Below the pieces are notes generated by a model that worked only from the letters and a program-made list of their open reading frames with translations, was not told the DNA's origin and searched no databases. This document shows, piece after piece, positions 1 through 10,009 of a DNA stretch of 64,000 nt (positions are counted from its first letter, which is position 1; each line of letters begins with the position of its first letter). Where the stretch lies: the NCBI GenBank assembly GCA_964486635.1, contig CAZAOB010000001.1, positions 84,745 to 148,744 of the forward strand. The letters are read 5' to 3'. The stretch is from an uncultured Caulobacterales bacterium. GTDB lineage: Bacteria > Pseudomonadota > Alphaproteobacteria > Caulobacterales > Parvularculaceae. Made by a program: the position numbers and the translations under genes.

Positions 1-414
1 AATCGCGATCCCGGCAAATATCTTGTCGCTCAACTGAAACGATGTGGCGCCGGTCGGAAACACGCCATCGCCGATGACAGTATCGCCTGCACTGTCGCCC
101 GCGACCGGAACCGTGCCGAACAATGCCCCGACAGCGTTTTCATAAGACGTGTCGTTCCACGCGCCGACAATCGACAGCGAGCTTTCAACGCCCTCGACAC
201 CTACGATAGCGGCGGGATTGAAATAAGCATTGCCGGGCGTCGCGCGCGCAGCTTGCGCACCCGCTGTCGCCGCTCCGAGTGATTCAGCACTTTGCGTGTT
301 CAGCGAAAAACCGGATGCGGCGGCGCTCGCCGTTCCACCCGCCAACGCCAGAATCGACAATGGCGCAATACAGATTGCTCGATTTTTGCTCGTGCTGGAT
401 GCTGCTTTGCTCAT
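1..414 (-). CDS. FadL/OmpP1-family outer-membrane hydrophobic-compound transporter, N-terminal part (gene runs out of the window at its 3' end)
   Basis: Own translation of the minus strand from ATG at 414: MSKAASSTSKNRAICIAPLSILALAGGTASAAASGFSLNTQSAESLGAATAGAQAARATPGNAYFNPAAI... This shows a signal peptide followed by the GF.LN.QSA..LG.A.AG...A.D....F.NPA signature typical of FadL/TodX porins. Not in the ORF track because it is truncated by the window edge. Confidence 0.6.
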   Translation of the reverse strand, partial: MSKAASSTSKNRAICIAPLSILALAGGTASAAASGFSLNTQSAESLGAATAGAQAARATPGNAYFNPAAIVGVEGVESSLSIVGAWNDTSYENAVGALFGTVPVAGDSAGDTVIGDGVFPTGATSFQLSDKIFAGIAI

Positions 415-566
415 ATTCCCCACACCGTCATTTCACGACAAGGATTTTCGCGGGCGCGAAAATCGCGCGGAACCTCCTCAATTCTGATTTCAAATCAGTG
501 AATCAGGGTGGTTAACGCGTCGGCCAGTGTCACCTTAACTGCGCGCGTTCGCCAGCAACGTCTATA

Positions 567-1436
567 TTAGAGTTCAGTCACTTTCTGCAGACGGCGCACA
601 AGGCTCGATGTATCCCAGCGGCCGCCGCCCATGGCCTGCACGTCCCCATAGAACTGGTCAACCAGCGCCGTCAGCGGCAAGCTCGCACCGCTGGCCCGCG
701 CCTCGCTCAGGGCAATGCGCAGATCCTTGCGCATCCAGTCCACCGCAAAACCAAAATCGAATTTGTCATCTGCCATGGTTTTGGCGCGGTTTTCCATTTG
801 CCAGCTTTGCGCGGCGCCGCCGGAGATGGCTTCCAAAACTCGATCAATGTTGAGGTCCGCCGTTGAGGCGAAATGCACGCCTTCCGACAGCCCCTGCAAC
901 ACGCCGGCAATGCAAATCTGGTTCACCGCCTTGCAAAGCTGCCCGTGGCCCGCCGGGCCGATATGAACGATCCGCGCCGAATAGGCTTGCATGGCGCCGC
1001 GCGCGGCTTCCACATGTGCTTCGTCGCCGCCGCACATGACTGAGAGTTTGCCGTTTTCAGCGCCCGCCTGCCCGCCTGATACCGGCGCATCGACAAAGCC
1101 AACGTCCTGTGCGCCAAATTTTTCATGCAGATCTCGGGCAAGCGTTGGCGATGCTGTGGTGTGATCGACAAACACAGCGCCCTTCTTCAACGCGCCGGAA
1201 ATCTCAGCAGCGATCGCCGCCACATCGGGATCGTCTCCAAGGCAGGCAAAGACGAGGTCAGCATCGCGCACCGCCTTTTCCGGATTTGCCGCAGACGATC
1301 CTCTATGCTGTTTGGTCCAGGCGTCCGCCTTCGCAGATGTGCGGTTATACACGCGAACGTCGAATCCTTTCGCCGCGAGATGTCCCGCCATCGGAAATCC
1401 CATGACGCCCAGTCCGAGGAATGCAACCTTGCTCAT
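567..1436 (-). CDS. NAD(P)-dependent oxidoreductase, 3-hydroxyisobutyrate dehydrogenase / 6-phosphogluconate-dehydrogenase-like family
   Basis: 289-aa ORF. N-terminal Rossmann motif VAFLGLGVMGFPMAGHL followed by the HIBADH-type body (..VFVDHTTASP.., ..GGQAGAENGKLSVMCGG..). Confidence 0.85.
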   Translation of the reverse strand: MSKVAFLGLGVMGFPMAGHLAAKGFDVRVYNRTSAKADAWTKQHRGSSAANPEKAVRDADLVFACLGDDPDVAAIAAEISGALKKGAVFVDHTTASPTLARDLHEKFGAQDVGFVDAPVSGGQAGAENGKLSVMCGGDEAHVEAARGAMQAYSARIVHIGPAGHGQLCKAVNQICIAGVLQGLSEGVHFASTADLNIDRVLEAISGGAAQSWQMENRAKTMADDKFDFGFAVDWMRKDLRIALSEARASGASLPLTALVDQFYGDVQAMGGGRWDTSSLVRRLQKVTEL

Positions 1437-1915
1437 GCTTTCTCCGTACCGGGAATGTAGGTGCTTGCGTAATAGATCAGCGGGGCGCCCTGCACGCTGT
1501 CGAACCGCACAACTTCACCGACCAGAATCACGTGATCCCCCGCATCGTGTCGCGCAACGATCTTGCAATCGAAACCGGCAAGTCGCTCCTTCAGCACCGG
1601 CGCGCCGGTGTCCCAACTTTCAAACTCCGCTTCGCTGGGGCCGTCGGGAAGAAAATTTGCATATCGATTGGACAGCTCTTGCTGGTCCGCGCGCAAAAAA
1701 GAGATTCCATAACTCTGCGCCGCCATGAACGCGCTGTACGAAGAGGCTCTGTTCTCAAGGCACCACAAAACCAATGGCGGCTCCAGCGACACTGAAGTGA
1801 ACGAGTTGATGGTCAGCGCCGCCATGGAGCCGTCTTTATCGCGACAAGCCGCCACGCCTATTCCGGTGGCGAAACGGCCGAAGGCGTCTTTCAGAGGCCG
1901 GTATTTGTCAGTCAT
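1433..1915 (-). CDS. Flavin reductase-like FMN-binding protein
   Basis: 160-aa ORF with the typical flavin-reductase core (FGRFATGIGVAA...MAALTINSFTSVSLEPPLVLWCL). 4-nt overlap with the downstream oxidoreductase suggests translational coupling. Confidence 0.8.
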   Translation of the reverse strand: MTDKYRPLKDAFGRFATGIGVAACRDKDGSMAALTINSFTSVSLEPPLVLWCLENRASSYSAFMAAQSYGISFLRADQQELSNRYANFLPDGPSEAEFESWDTGAPVLKERLAGFDCKIVARHDAGDHVILVGEVVRFDSVQGAPLIYYASTYIPGTEKA

Positions 1916-2078
1916 TCGGGCTTTTCCGCGTCATGGGGTTCTTCCCACAACATATTGAAACATTTAGGACTTGTCGCGTTACCACCAAATCTGGAAAATA
2001 CAAAGCGCGAGCAGACCTTGCCGCCGGACAGGCCGGCGGCGCGAGGTTCACAATAAGGCCGGTTCACGACAATCTGAC

Positions 2079-3938
2079 ATGATGGAAACCTTCCTCGCAG
2101 CCCCTTGGCAAATGTGGGCCACCCTCGCAATTATCGCGATCACAATCGTGCTGTATACGCTCGACCGCTTCCCATTGGAATTGGTGTCCGCCGGCGCGAT
2201 CGTCGCTTTGCTCTTTCTGTTCATTTTCGCTCCGCTCGAAAGCGGCGGCGAAAACCTGCTTTCCACCGAAACGATCCTGTCCGGTTTTGCGAGCCCCGCA
2301 CTGTTCGCCATTCTCGGCCTGCTGATTATCGGCCAAGGGATGTTTCAGGCTGGCGCCCTGGAACATCCGACGGAGTATCTGTTGCGCGCGTTCGACAAGC
2401 GGCCCGTCCTGGTCACCGGCGCCGTCTTTCTATTCATTATGATCGTTAGCGCGTTCCTGAACAACACGCCGGTGGTCGTGATGTTCATTCCAATCATGGC
2501 GGCGATTGCGCAACAAAGCAAAATTCGCGTCTCAAGGTTCATGATGCCGCTCTCCTACTTGTCGATACTCGGCGGCATGACCACACTCATCGGTTCCTCG
2601 ACAAACTTGCTCGCGGCGCAGTCATATCGCGCCACAACAGGCGGAGAGATCGGATTCTTCGAGTTAACTCCAGTGGGCCTGGTGCTCGCCAGTGCGGGCA
2701 TTGTCTACATGGCGACGGCCGGCCGGTGGCTGCTTCCCAAAAGAGACAATCCCAATCAGACGAATATCAACGATCGCGAAGGCAAACACTTCATCGCCCA
2801 GATCGAAATCAATCGCGGCCATCCGCTGATCGGCAAGGGACCTGTGGCAGGCCTGTTCGTCGATCTGCCGGACATCACCGTGCGCATGGTTCAGCGCCGG
2901 GAGCGCGCCATTCTGCCGCCATTTGAGGAATTCGCCTTCCGCGCCGGCGACGTGGTTATCGTCGCTGCGACTCGCTCCGCCCTCACCTCCCTGTTGAAAG
3001 CCAACCCGGCGATGCTGGAAGGATTGATGGCGGAGACGACGATCGCGGACGAAGAAGACGGCTCCGTGCAACGTTCCACGCAATTGACCATGGTCGAGGC
3101 CATCGTCGCACCTGGCTCGCGCCTGATCGGGCGTTCCGTCGCCCAGATCAGCTTTCATGCGCAGACCAACTGCGTGATTTTGGGCATTGAGCGGCGCAGC
3201 CGCATGATCCGAACGCAAATGAATACGATCAGGCTCGAGGCCGGCGACGTGTTGCTGATCCTTGGCGATCTGAAGGACATTCGGGCACTCCGGTCGGACC
3301 GCGACATCCTGCTGCTCGAGTGGTCGATGCAAGGCCTGCCTGATCAGCGCAACGCCAACATTGCAGCGCTCATTTTCGCCAGCGTGATTGCGATCACCGC
3401 ATCTGGCCTGGCGCCGATCGCCGTCTCGGCCATCGCAGGCGCCACGGCCATGGTTGCTTTCGGCTGTCTCAACGTCCGGCAAGCGGCCCGCGCCATCGAT
3501 CGCAGAATTTATTTGCTGATCGGCGCCTCTCTCGCCATGGGCGTCGCCCTGGAGAGGACCGGCGGCGCACATTTCCTTGGTGACGCCATCGCCAATACCG
3601 CGGGCAGCTATGGCCCCATAGTGCTGGTGTCGGCGTTTTTCATCCTTTGCGCGGCCCTTACAAACGTCCTGTCCAACAACGCCACCGCTGTGCTGTTCAC
3701 GCCCATCGCCGTCGCCGCCGCGCAGAAAGTCGGCATGGATGAGCACGTTCTTGTCCTTACCGTCATTTTCGCGGCGAATTGTTCCTTCGCCACGCCCATC
3801 GCATACCAGACCAATCTGCTTGTCATGACCCCCGGTCATTACAAATTTAGAGATTATATGATCGTCGGCGGACCGCTGATTATCCTGCTCTGGATCGTCT
3901 ACACGCTCACTGCCAGTGTGTATTTCAATCTGAATTGA
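2079..3938 (+). CDS. SLC13/DASS-family anion permease with two central TrkA-C (RCK_C) domains
   Basis: Long multi-TM ORF with SLC13-type motifs (SAFLNNTPVVVMFIPI, NVLSNNATAVLFTPIA) and two soluble TrkA-C-like inserts (..EIEINRGHPLIGK.., ..VEAIVAPGSRLIGRSV..). Start moved from 1971 to the ATGATG at 2079, because the upstream 36 codons are Arg-rich and non-membrane-like. Confidence 0.8.
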   Translation: MMETFLAAPWQMWATLAIIAITIVLYTLDRFPLELVSAGAIVALLFLFIFAPLESGGENLLSTETILSGFASPALFAILGLLIIGQGMFQAGALEHPTEYLLRAFDKRPVLVTGAVFLFIMIVSAFLNNTPVVVMFIPIMAAIAQQSKIRVSRFMMPLSYLSILGGMTTLIGSSTNLLAAQSYRATTGGEIGFFELTPVGLVLASAGIVYMATAGRWLLPKRDNPNQTNINDREGKHFIAQIEINRGHPLIGKGPVAGLFVDLPDITVRMVQRRERAILPPFEEFAFRAGDVVIVAATRSALTSLLKANPAMLEGLMAETTIADEEDGSVQRSTQLTMVEAIVAPGSRLIGRSVAQISFHAQTNCVILGIERRSRMIRTQMNTIRLEAGDVLLILGDLKDIRALRSDRDILLLEWSMQGLPDQRNANIAALIFASVIAITASGLAPIAVSAIAGATAMVAFGCLNVRQAARAIDRRIYLLIGASLAMGVALERTGGAHFLGDAIANTAGSYGPIVLVSAFFILCAALTNVLSNNATAVLFTPIAVAAAQKVGMDEHVLVLTVIFAANCSFATPIAYQTNLLVMTPGHYKFRDYMIVGGPLIILLWIVYTLTASVYFNLN

Positions 3939-4009
3939 CAGCCATAAAGAACGGATTCATTGCGGTTATGCTAATCGCCCGCTAAGGTTTATCCCTTACG
4001 TTGGATCCC

Positions 4010-4786
4010 ATGAGTAACGAAGATTTCGCGCGACGGTTCGGCCTTGAGGGAGGTGAGTTTTTCATCACCGCCCCGGCGCCCTGCCCCTATTTAAAGGGTC
4101 GGCGCGAGCGAAAAATATTTTCCTACTTGTCTGGCGACGGCGCATCATCAACCAACGCTCTGCTGACGCGGCGCGGGTTTCGCCGTTCTCAAAACCTGAT
4201 CTATCTTCCTGCGTGTGAGGCGTGCAATTCCTGTGTGCCTGTTCGCATTGTGGTCGACGATTTTGATTTGTCACGGTCGCGCCGCCGCACGCTTTCGCGC
4301 AACGCCGATATCAACCGCCGCATAAAAGGCCCTCGCGCCACAGGCGAGCAGTTCTCAATGCTTCGCGGATATCTCGACGAGCGCCACGGCGATGGCGGCA
4401 TGGCCGACATGACCGTGCTCGATTACGCATCGATGGTCGAAGAAACCGCGGTTGATACGATGATCATCGAATATCGCGTCAAGGACGGCGATACCGGAGA
4501 GGATCGGCTCATCGGCGCGGCGCTCACCGATCGACTGACCGACGGCTTGTCGATGGTCTACAGCTTTTTTGAACCTGAAGAACATATACGCGGCTTGGGC
4601 CGTTTCATGATCCTCGATCACGTCTCCTTCGCGCGCGAACTCGGCCTGCCCTACGTCTATCTTGGCTACTGGGTGAACGGCTCCGACAAGATGGACTACA
4701 AGAAGAGCTTCCAGCCGCTGGAAATGCTCGGCCCCAATGGCTGGACCCGCATGGACCGCCAGAGCAGCGAAAACACCGCTTCCTGA
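4010..4786 (+). CDS. bpt: Arginyl-tRNA--protein transferase family enzyme, bacterial Bpt type (aspartate/glutamate leucyltransferase)
   Basis: N-terminal FFITAPAPCPYLKGRRERKIFSYL and LPACEACNSCVPVRI Cys motif, C-terminal YVYLGYWV signature of the ATE/Bpt family. ATG at 4010 preferred over the TTG at 4001. Confidence 0.85.
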   Translation: MSNEDFARRFGLEGGEFFITAPAPCPYLKGRRERKIFSYLSGDGASSTNALLTRRGFRRSQNLIYLPACEACNSCVPVRIVVDDFDLSRSRRRTLSRNADINRRIKGPRATGEQFSMLRGYLDERHGDGGMADMTVLDYASMVEETAVDTMIIEYRVKDGDTGEDRLIGAALTDRLTDGLSMVYSFFEPEEHIRGLGRFMILDHVSFARELGLPYVYLGYWVNGSDKMDYKKSFQPLEMLGPNGWTRMDRQSSENTAS

Positions 4787-4885
4787 AACACAAATTAGCG
4801 CCCGAAGGCTTTGCGCCCGATAGCGGCGCGATGTACCGTTGCGCCCGAGCGGGCGGGGTCTTTGTCTGTCAGCGAGGAAATCTTG

Positions 4886-5254
4886 ATGCGTATCAGAAAA
4901 TTTGTCGCCGCCCCAACTCTTGCGATGTTGCTCGGCGCTTGTGCGTCAGCTCCGTTTGGATATGCCGACAACCGATGCACCGGCCAGCAAAACCAGTGTC
5001 AGAGCGATTGCTCCGATTTGAATGACGGACCGGGCCGGTCAGCCTGTATCCAACGCTGTTATTTTGTCGAAACACGCTGCTCCGCCAGCGGCTATAACGG
5101 CTCAGGTTCGACGCTCGCTGTCGATAGCGGAGTCGCCGCTTCGCGTAGCCGTGCGGAAAAAGAAGCCGCCTATGAAGAATGGCGCGCCAAAAAGGCGCGC
5201 GAGCGCGCCGCTTCCGGTGAGAGCGACGTTGAAATCAAGGTGAACCAACAATAG
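4886..5254 (+). CDS. Cys-rich lipoprotein, function unknown
   Basis: MRIRKFVAAPTLAMLLGAC lipobox, then 7 further Cys within about 50 residues and a charged Lys/Glu/Arg-rich C-terminus. Start placed at the internal ATG 4886, which creates the signal peptide. Confidence 0.55.
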   Translation: MRIRKFVAAPTLAMLLGACASAPFGYADNRCTGQQNQCQSDCSDLNDGPGRSACIQRCYFVETRCSASGYNGSGSTLAVDSGVAASRSRAEKEAAYEEWRAKKARERAASGESDVEIKVNQQ

Positions 5255-5296
5255 CCTGCCAATAATAATAAATGCCCATAGGGGGGCGACCGCTAG

Positions 5297-6403
5297 ATGA
5301 TCAAACGAAGACAACTCTTGGCTGGCGGCACCGCCGGGCTGATGGCTGGCTGTGAGTGCGGAGTTCCCGCCGGCGGCGGCGGCATTCCCGGCTCTATCGC
5401 ATCACGCGAGCTAAAGATGGTGACGACCTGGCCGAAGGATTTTCCGGGCCTCGGCACCATGGCGGAGCGGACGGCGAAGTTTATCACTGAAATGTCCGGC
5501 GGCGCGATCACCGTCCGCGTGTTCGCCGCCGGAGAGCTTGTCAGCGCTTTTGAATGTTTCGACGCCGTCTCAAACGGCGCTGCGGACATGTATCACGGCG
5601 CTGAATACTACTGGGTCGGCAAATCGCCAGCCTTTGCTTTCTTTACCGCTGTTCCGTTCGGCATGACGGCGAATGAGATTATGGCGTGGACGGAGTTTGG
5701 CGGCGGCCAGGAGCTCTGGGACGAATTGTCGGCGCGCTTCAACATAAAGCCATTTGCCGCCGGTAATACTGGCCACCAGATGGGCGGATGGTTCAAACGC
5801 GAGATCAGATCATTGGAAGATCTGCGCGGCATGAAAATCCGCATGCCCGGCATGGGGGGTGAAGTGCTGCGCAGGATCGGCGCATCAGCCGTCGCTATCT
5901 CCGGCGGTGAAATTTATCCGGCGCTGCAATCGGGCGCCATCGACGGCACCGAATGGGTCGGCCCCTGGAACGATCTCGCCTTCGGTTTTCATCAGGAAGC
6001 GAAGTATTATTACTGGCCGGGCTTTCACGAACCGGGGGCACAGCTTGGCGTCGGGCTGAATCTCAATCTCTGGAACACGCTGACGGTGACGGAGAAGGCG
6101 ATCATCCAGGGCGCCTGTCAGCGCGCCAATAACCTCTCTATCGCGGAATACATTCACCATAACGGCGCCGCGCTTGAGCAACTGATGAACGAACATGGCG
6201 TACAGCTGCGTCAGATGCCTGACGATGTGATGGCGGCGCTCGCACGCGAATCCAAGAACGTCCTCGAAGAAGCTGCGCGCAATGACGCCTTCACTGGCCG
6301 CGTCTATGAAAGCTTCAAGGCGTCGCTTGCACGTTCGATGCAGTGGGGTGGCATCTCCGATGAAGCCTACATGGCCAAGCGCCGCGAAGTGTTTTCGCTG
6401 TAG
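5297..6403 (+). CDS. dctP: TRAP transporter substrate-binding protein (DctP family)
   Basis: Tat/lipoprotein-like leader MIKRRQLLAGGTAGLMAGC. DctP-type body (TWPKDFPGLG..., ..IRMPG.GGEVL.., GAIDGTEWVGPWND). Followed directly by the Q and M genes. Confidence 0.85.
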   Translation: MIKRRQLLAGGTAGLMAGCECGVPAGGGGIPGSIASRELKMVTTWPKDFPGLGTMAERTAKFITEMSGGAITVRVFAAGELVSAFECFDAVSNGAADMYHGAEYYWVGKSPAFAFFTAVPFGMTANEIMAWTEFGGGQELWDELSARFNIKPFAAGNTGHQMGGWFKREIRSLEDLRGMKIRMPGMGGEVLRRIGASAVAISGGEIYPALQSGAIDGTEWVGPWNDLAFGFHQEAKYYYWPGFHEPGAQLGVGLNLNLWNTLTVTEKAIIQGACQRANNLSIAEYIHHNGAALEQLMNEHGVQLRQMPDDVMAALARESKNVLEEAARNDAFTGRVYESFKASLARSMQWGGISDEAYMAKRREVFSL

Positions 6404-6405
6404 CT

Positions 6406-7176
6406 ATGCTCAATCTCACCGGCAATATTCTCAACTGGCTTGCAGCGGGCGTATTCTTTCCGCTGCTGTTTCTGCCGCTTGCCCACTTATTGTCGCCGAA
6501 GCGGCCGCTCATCGCCTGGGCAATCACTGTATTGTTGTTGATTGCGGCGGGCTTGGCCTTCGCGCGACTGACCCCAGTCCTTCGGCTGTCGCCGTCAACC
6601 GATCAGCTCTTGTGGTTCGGCGGATTATTCATAGCCACCGCTGTCGCCGTCGCAGGCATTGGCGCGAGTAATATCACGTCGGCGCTTGCCGGCGCCTTCG
6701 ATTCGATCGCTCGCCGCATCGGTCGCAGTGCCATGTGGCTGCTCATCGTGATGGCGCTGGTCCAGTTCGGCGTTGTGGTGCTGCGCTATGTGTTCGGGAT
6801 TAATTACATCTTCATGCAGGAGTCGATCACCTATATGCACGGCGCGGTGTTCCTGCTCGCCGGCGGCTATGCGCTGCTGACTGACGATCATGTGCGCGTC
6901 GATATTTTCTATCGCGAAGCCAGTCCACGCCGCAAAGCGCTGATCGACCTGTTTGGAACATATCTGCTCTTATTGCCGGTATGCCTGCTGCTGATCTGGA
7001 CTGCCTCGCCCTATGTTGCGAATTCATGGGCGGTCGGCGAAGGCTCGAATGAAGCATCCGGCATCCCGGCGCTTTATATCCTCAAATCCTTCATCCCAGC
7101 CTTTGCCGTGTTGATGTGCATGGCCGGTTTCACACTCGCCGCGCGCGCCGTTGCGACGTTGAAGGAGCCGGACTGA
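6406..7176 (+). CDS. dctQ: TRAP transporter small permease (DctQ family, long form)
   Basis: Hydrophobic 256-aa ORF 2 nt after dctP. Contains the DctQ motif ..HVRVDIFY... Its stop overlaps the dctM ATG (ATGA at 7174-7178). Confidence 0.8.
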   Translation: MLNLTGNILNWLAAGVFFPLLFLPLAHLLSPKRPLIAWAITVLLLIAAGLAFARLTPVLRLSPSTDQLLWFGGLFIATAVAVAGIGASNITSALAGAFDSIARRIGRSAMWLLIVMALVQFGVVVLRYVFGINYIFMQESITYMHGAVFLLAGGYALLTDDHVRVDIFYREASPRRKALIDLFGTYLLLLPVCLLLIWTASPYVANSWAVGEGSNEASGIPALYILKSFIPAFAVLMCMAGFTLAARAVATLKEPD

Positions 7177-8798
7177 TGGAGTTCGAGATCGCCAATGTCG
7201 CGTTCTGCACCTGCGCGCTCGCCGGCTGGCTCGATATCTTGATGGTGCTTGCGCTCTGCGCTCTCTTGATGGCTGGCTACCCTGTCGCCTACTCGCTGGC
7301 TGGTACGGCGCTGATATTCGCGGTGCTCGGCGTCGCCGCCGGCGTCTTCGATATTTCCTATCTCATTCCGTTTCCGCAGCGCGTGTTCGGCGCTGTAAGC
7401 AATACGACACTGATCGCCGTGCCCATGTTCATCCTGATGGGCGTTATTCTTGAGAAATCGAAGATCGCCGAAGAGCTGCTGGACGAGATGGCGAAACTGT
7501 TCGGCTCACTGCCCGGCGGCCTTGGCCTTTCCGTCACCATCGTCGGCATGCTCCTTGCTGCCTCAACCGGCATTGTCGGCGCTACCGTTGTCACCATGGG
7601 ATTGCTCAGCCTGCCAACCATGTTGCGGCGCGGATACGATCCTGCGTTCGCATCCGGTTCAATCGCCGCCGCCGGCACGCTCGGTCAGATTATTCCGCCA
7701 TCGATTGTCCTGATCCTGCTTGGCGACGTGATCTCAAACGCCTATCAGCGAGCGCAGCTCGAACAGGGCAATATGTCGCCGGACACGGTGTCGGTCGGTC
7801 ACTTATTCGCCGGCGCGCTGTTGCCGGGCCTAATGCTCGTCGGCATGTATATTCTCTGGCAATTATTCGTCGCGCTGACCCAACCCAAAAAGGCGCCGGC
7901 AATTCCCGCAGCCGAACTCGGCAGCCGCGTCGAAGTCTGGCGCGCGGCGATGAAAACCCTGCCGCCGCCGCTTCTTCTCATTGTCGCCGTGCTTGGTTCT
8001 ATCCTCGCCGGCGTCGCCACGCCGACAGAAGCCGCCAGCGTCGGCGCTATCGGCGCATTGTTGATCGCCGGGATGCGGCTTGCACCGAAAGGATCGCTGC
8101 TCGCAGGGCGCCACGCCGTTCTGGTTTCGGCGCTCGCAATTGCAGGGCTATTTGTCCTGACCGCCAATCTCGACCTCCGGCTCGGACGGGAAAACGTTTC
8201 GTCCATTGAGACCATCGGCATTGCCGTTGCGTTCTTGTTGTTCGCGCTGACGCCATGGGGCATCGTCGCCAGCCTGTTTCAGCTCGCCCGCGAAAAGGCG
8301 CTGGCGCCGATTGCCGACCAGACTGCGCGCGTGACGACCATGGTCTTCACCATCCTGATCGGCGCTGCTTTGTTCTCACTGGTGTTCCGCGGCCTTGGCG
8401 GCGACGACACGGTTCACCGCGCGCTGGAAGCGACGCCCGGCGGCGTAACGGGCGCCGTCATCACCGTGATGCTGGTCATGTTCCTGCTTGGCTTTTTCCT
8501 CGACTTCATCGAGATCACGCTCGTTGTTGTCCCGCTGGTGGGACCGCCGCTCCTCGCCATGGGCCTCGATCCGGTGTGGCTCGGTGTGATGATGGCGATC
8601 AATCTGCAGACATCGTTTCTGACGCCGCCCTTTGGCTTCGCCCTGTTTTATTTGCGCGGCGTTGCGCCGCCCGACGTTAGAACCATGCACATCTATCGCG
8701 GCGCGTTGCCCTATATCGCCATTCAGTTGCTGGCGCTTGCCGTCATCGCGCTCTGGCCGCAAATCGCAACCTGGCTGCCGGGTGTTCTGTACGACTAG
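7176..8798 (+). CDS. dctM: TRAP transporter large permease (DctM family)
   Basis: Polytopic membrane ORF with DctM-type motifs (LIAVPMFILMG, GQIIPPSIVLI, TPPFGFALFYLRGV). Start set to ATG 7176, overlapping the dctQ stop. Confidence 0.9.
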   Translation: MEFEIANVAFCTCALAGWLDILMVLALCALLMAGYPVAYSLAGTALIFAVLGVAAGVFDISYLIPFPQRVFGAVSNTTLIAVPMFILMGVILEKSKIAEELLDEMAKLFGSLPGGLGLSVTIVGMLLAASTGIVGATVVTMGLLSLPTMLRRGYDPAFASGSIAAAGTLGQIIPPSIVLILLGDVISNAYQRAQLEQGNMSPDTVSVGHLFAGALLPGLMLVGMYILWQLFVALTQPKKAPAIPAAELGSRVEVWRAAMKTLPPPLLLIVAVLGSILAGVATPTEAASVGAIGALLIAGMRLAPKGSLLAGRHAVLVSALAIAGLFVLTANLDLRLGRENVSSIETIGIAVAFLLFALTPWGIVASLFQLAREKALAPIADQTARVTTMVFTILIGAALFSLVFRGLGGDDTVHRALEATPGGVTGAVITVMLVMFLLGFFLDFIEITLVVVPLVGPPLLAMGLDPVWLGVMMAINLQTSFLTPPFGFALFYLRGVAPPDVRTMHIYRGALPYIAIQLLALAVIALWPQIATWLPGVLYD

Positions 8799-10009
8799 GC
8801 CAAAGATTTTAGATCGACGTTGACATCACCAAGTTTTTTGGCGTCGATCGAAGCGCCGATCGTGATCAATCGCTTGCCCATGGCGAAGGACGCGGGATCA
8901 TTGATCGCATCGACCGCAAGCGCCTTGCCGTCTTTCAGATACCAGACCGCGAACTTTTTCTCGGCTGGATCGCCTCTGACTACCAAATCATCATGACCTT
9001 CGTGCAGTCCCACGGTCTGCAGCTTCACATCATACTGGTCCGACCAGAACCAGGGCATCGCATCATAGACAACGGCGCCGCCCACCATATTCGCCGCCGC
9101 CGCCTTTGCTTGGTCGATGGCGTTCGGCACGGACTCAAGGCGCATGCGCCTGCCATAGCGCGGCGATGGAAAATTCGTGCAGTCTCCGGCGGCGAAGATA
9201 TGCGGATCGGACGTGCGCGCATATTCATCAACGACGATGCCGTTATCGATGGCGAGGCCCGCCTCCTCGGCGAGCGCAAGTTCCGGCGCCGCGCCAATGC
9301 CGACCAACGCGGCGATGCATTCAATCGTCTCTCCGGCAGCCAGGCGCACGCCATCGACCCGCTTCTCGCCTTCGAACCGCTCCAATCCAGCGCCAAGTCG
9401 CAGATCGACACCCGCGCCGCGATGAAGGTTTTCGTAAAATGCCGAAACCGGTTCACTGGCGACACGCGCCAAAACTCGCGGCGCCATTTCAAGCACCGTC
9501 ACGTGACGGCCTTCCTGACGCGCCACCGCCGCAACCTCAAGCCCGATATAGCCGGCGCCGACAATCACGATCTGTCCAGGCGCCATAAGCAACGGGCGCA
9601 AGCGTTCGGAATCGGCGAGCGTTCGAAGATAGTGAACGCCATCAAGCTCAGCACCCGGACAACCGATCCGCCGGGGCGGCGCACCCGTAGCGATCAGCAG
9701 CGCATCATAGGGAAATGTCTCGCCTGAATCGGTTGCGACCGTCTTCGCGGCGCGATCAATTGCGGTCGCGCGCATTCCGAGATGCAGAGCAACCGATTGC
9801 GTTTCGTAAAACTCCGCTCCGCGCAAATATAGCCGATGCTCGTCGAGCTCGCCCTTCAAATAGGCCTTCGAAAGCGGCGGGCGCTGATAGGGTGGCGCGG
9901 CTTCCGCGCCAATCATCGCAATAGTTCCCTTGTAGCCGCCTTGCCGCAGGGAAATCGCCGCTTGCGCGCCGGCCTGTCCGGCGCCCACAATCACAACGCG
10001 CTCAACCAT
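8795..10009 (-). CDS. FAD-dependent NAD(P)H:ferredoxin/rubredoxin reductase (putidaredoxin-reductase-like)
   Basis: VVIVGAGQAGAQAA FAD motif, second dinucleotide motif IVIVGAGYIGLEVAA, AAGDC motif and the C-terminal reductase dimerisation region (WFWSDQYD). Confidence 0.85.
   Translation of the reverse strand: MVERVVIVGAGQAGAQAAISLRQGGYKGTIAMIGAEAAPPYQRPPLSKAYLKGELDEHRLYLRGAEFYETQSVALHLGMRATAIDRAAKTVATDSGETFPYDALLIATGAPPRRIGCPGAELDGVHYLRTLADSERLRPLLMAPGQIVIVGAGYIGLEVAAVARQEGRHVTVLEMAPRVLARVASEPVSAFYENLHRGAGVDLRLGAGLERFEGEKRVDGVRLAAGETIECIAALVGIGAAPELALAEEAGLAIDNGIVVDEYARTSDPHIFAAGDCTNFPSPRYGRRMRLESVPNAIDQAKAAAANMVGGAVVYDAMPWFWSDQYDVKLQTVGLHEGHDDLVVRGDPAEKKFAVWYLKDGKALAVDAINDPASFAMGKRLITIGASIDAKKLGDVNVDLKSLA

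Noticed and set aside
1971-2078. Longer N-terminal extensions offered by the ORF track for several genes: SLC13 1971, lipoprotein 4811, dctM 7116, glcB 10139, aceA 13779, NCS1 33558, TIR 49244, ccoG 58756, ccoP 59666, ccoN 62268.
   Set aside because: The extensions are Arg/Ser-rich, overlap upstream genes, or destroy signal peptides. Internal ATGs give N-termini that match the respective families and, in several cases, sit in ATGA stop/start overlaps or behind purine-rich RBS-like sequences.
2664-3839. 391-aa minus-strand ORF inside the SLC13 permease gene. Similar long antisense ORFs occur at 8993-9727, 12808-13782, 32620-33390, 36016-36993, 54982-55761 and 24392-25132.
   Set aside because: All lie antisense to genes with clear family signatures. 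Their translations are Arg/Gly/Asp/His-rich with no motifs. This is the typical open-frame noise of high-GC DNA.
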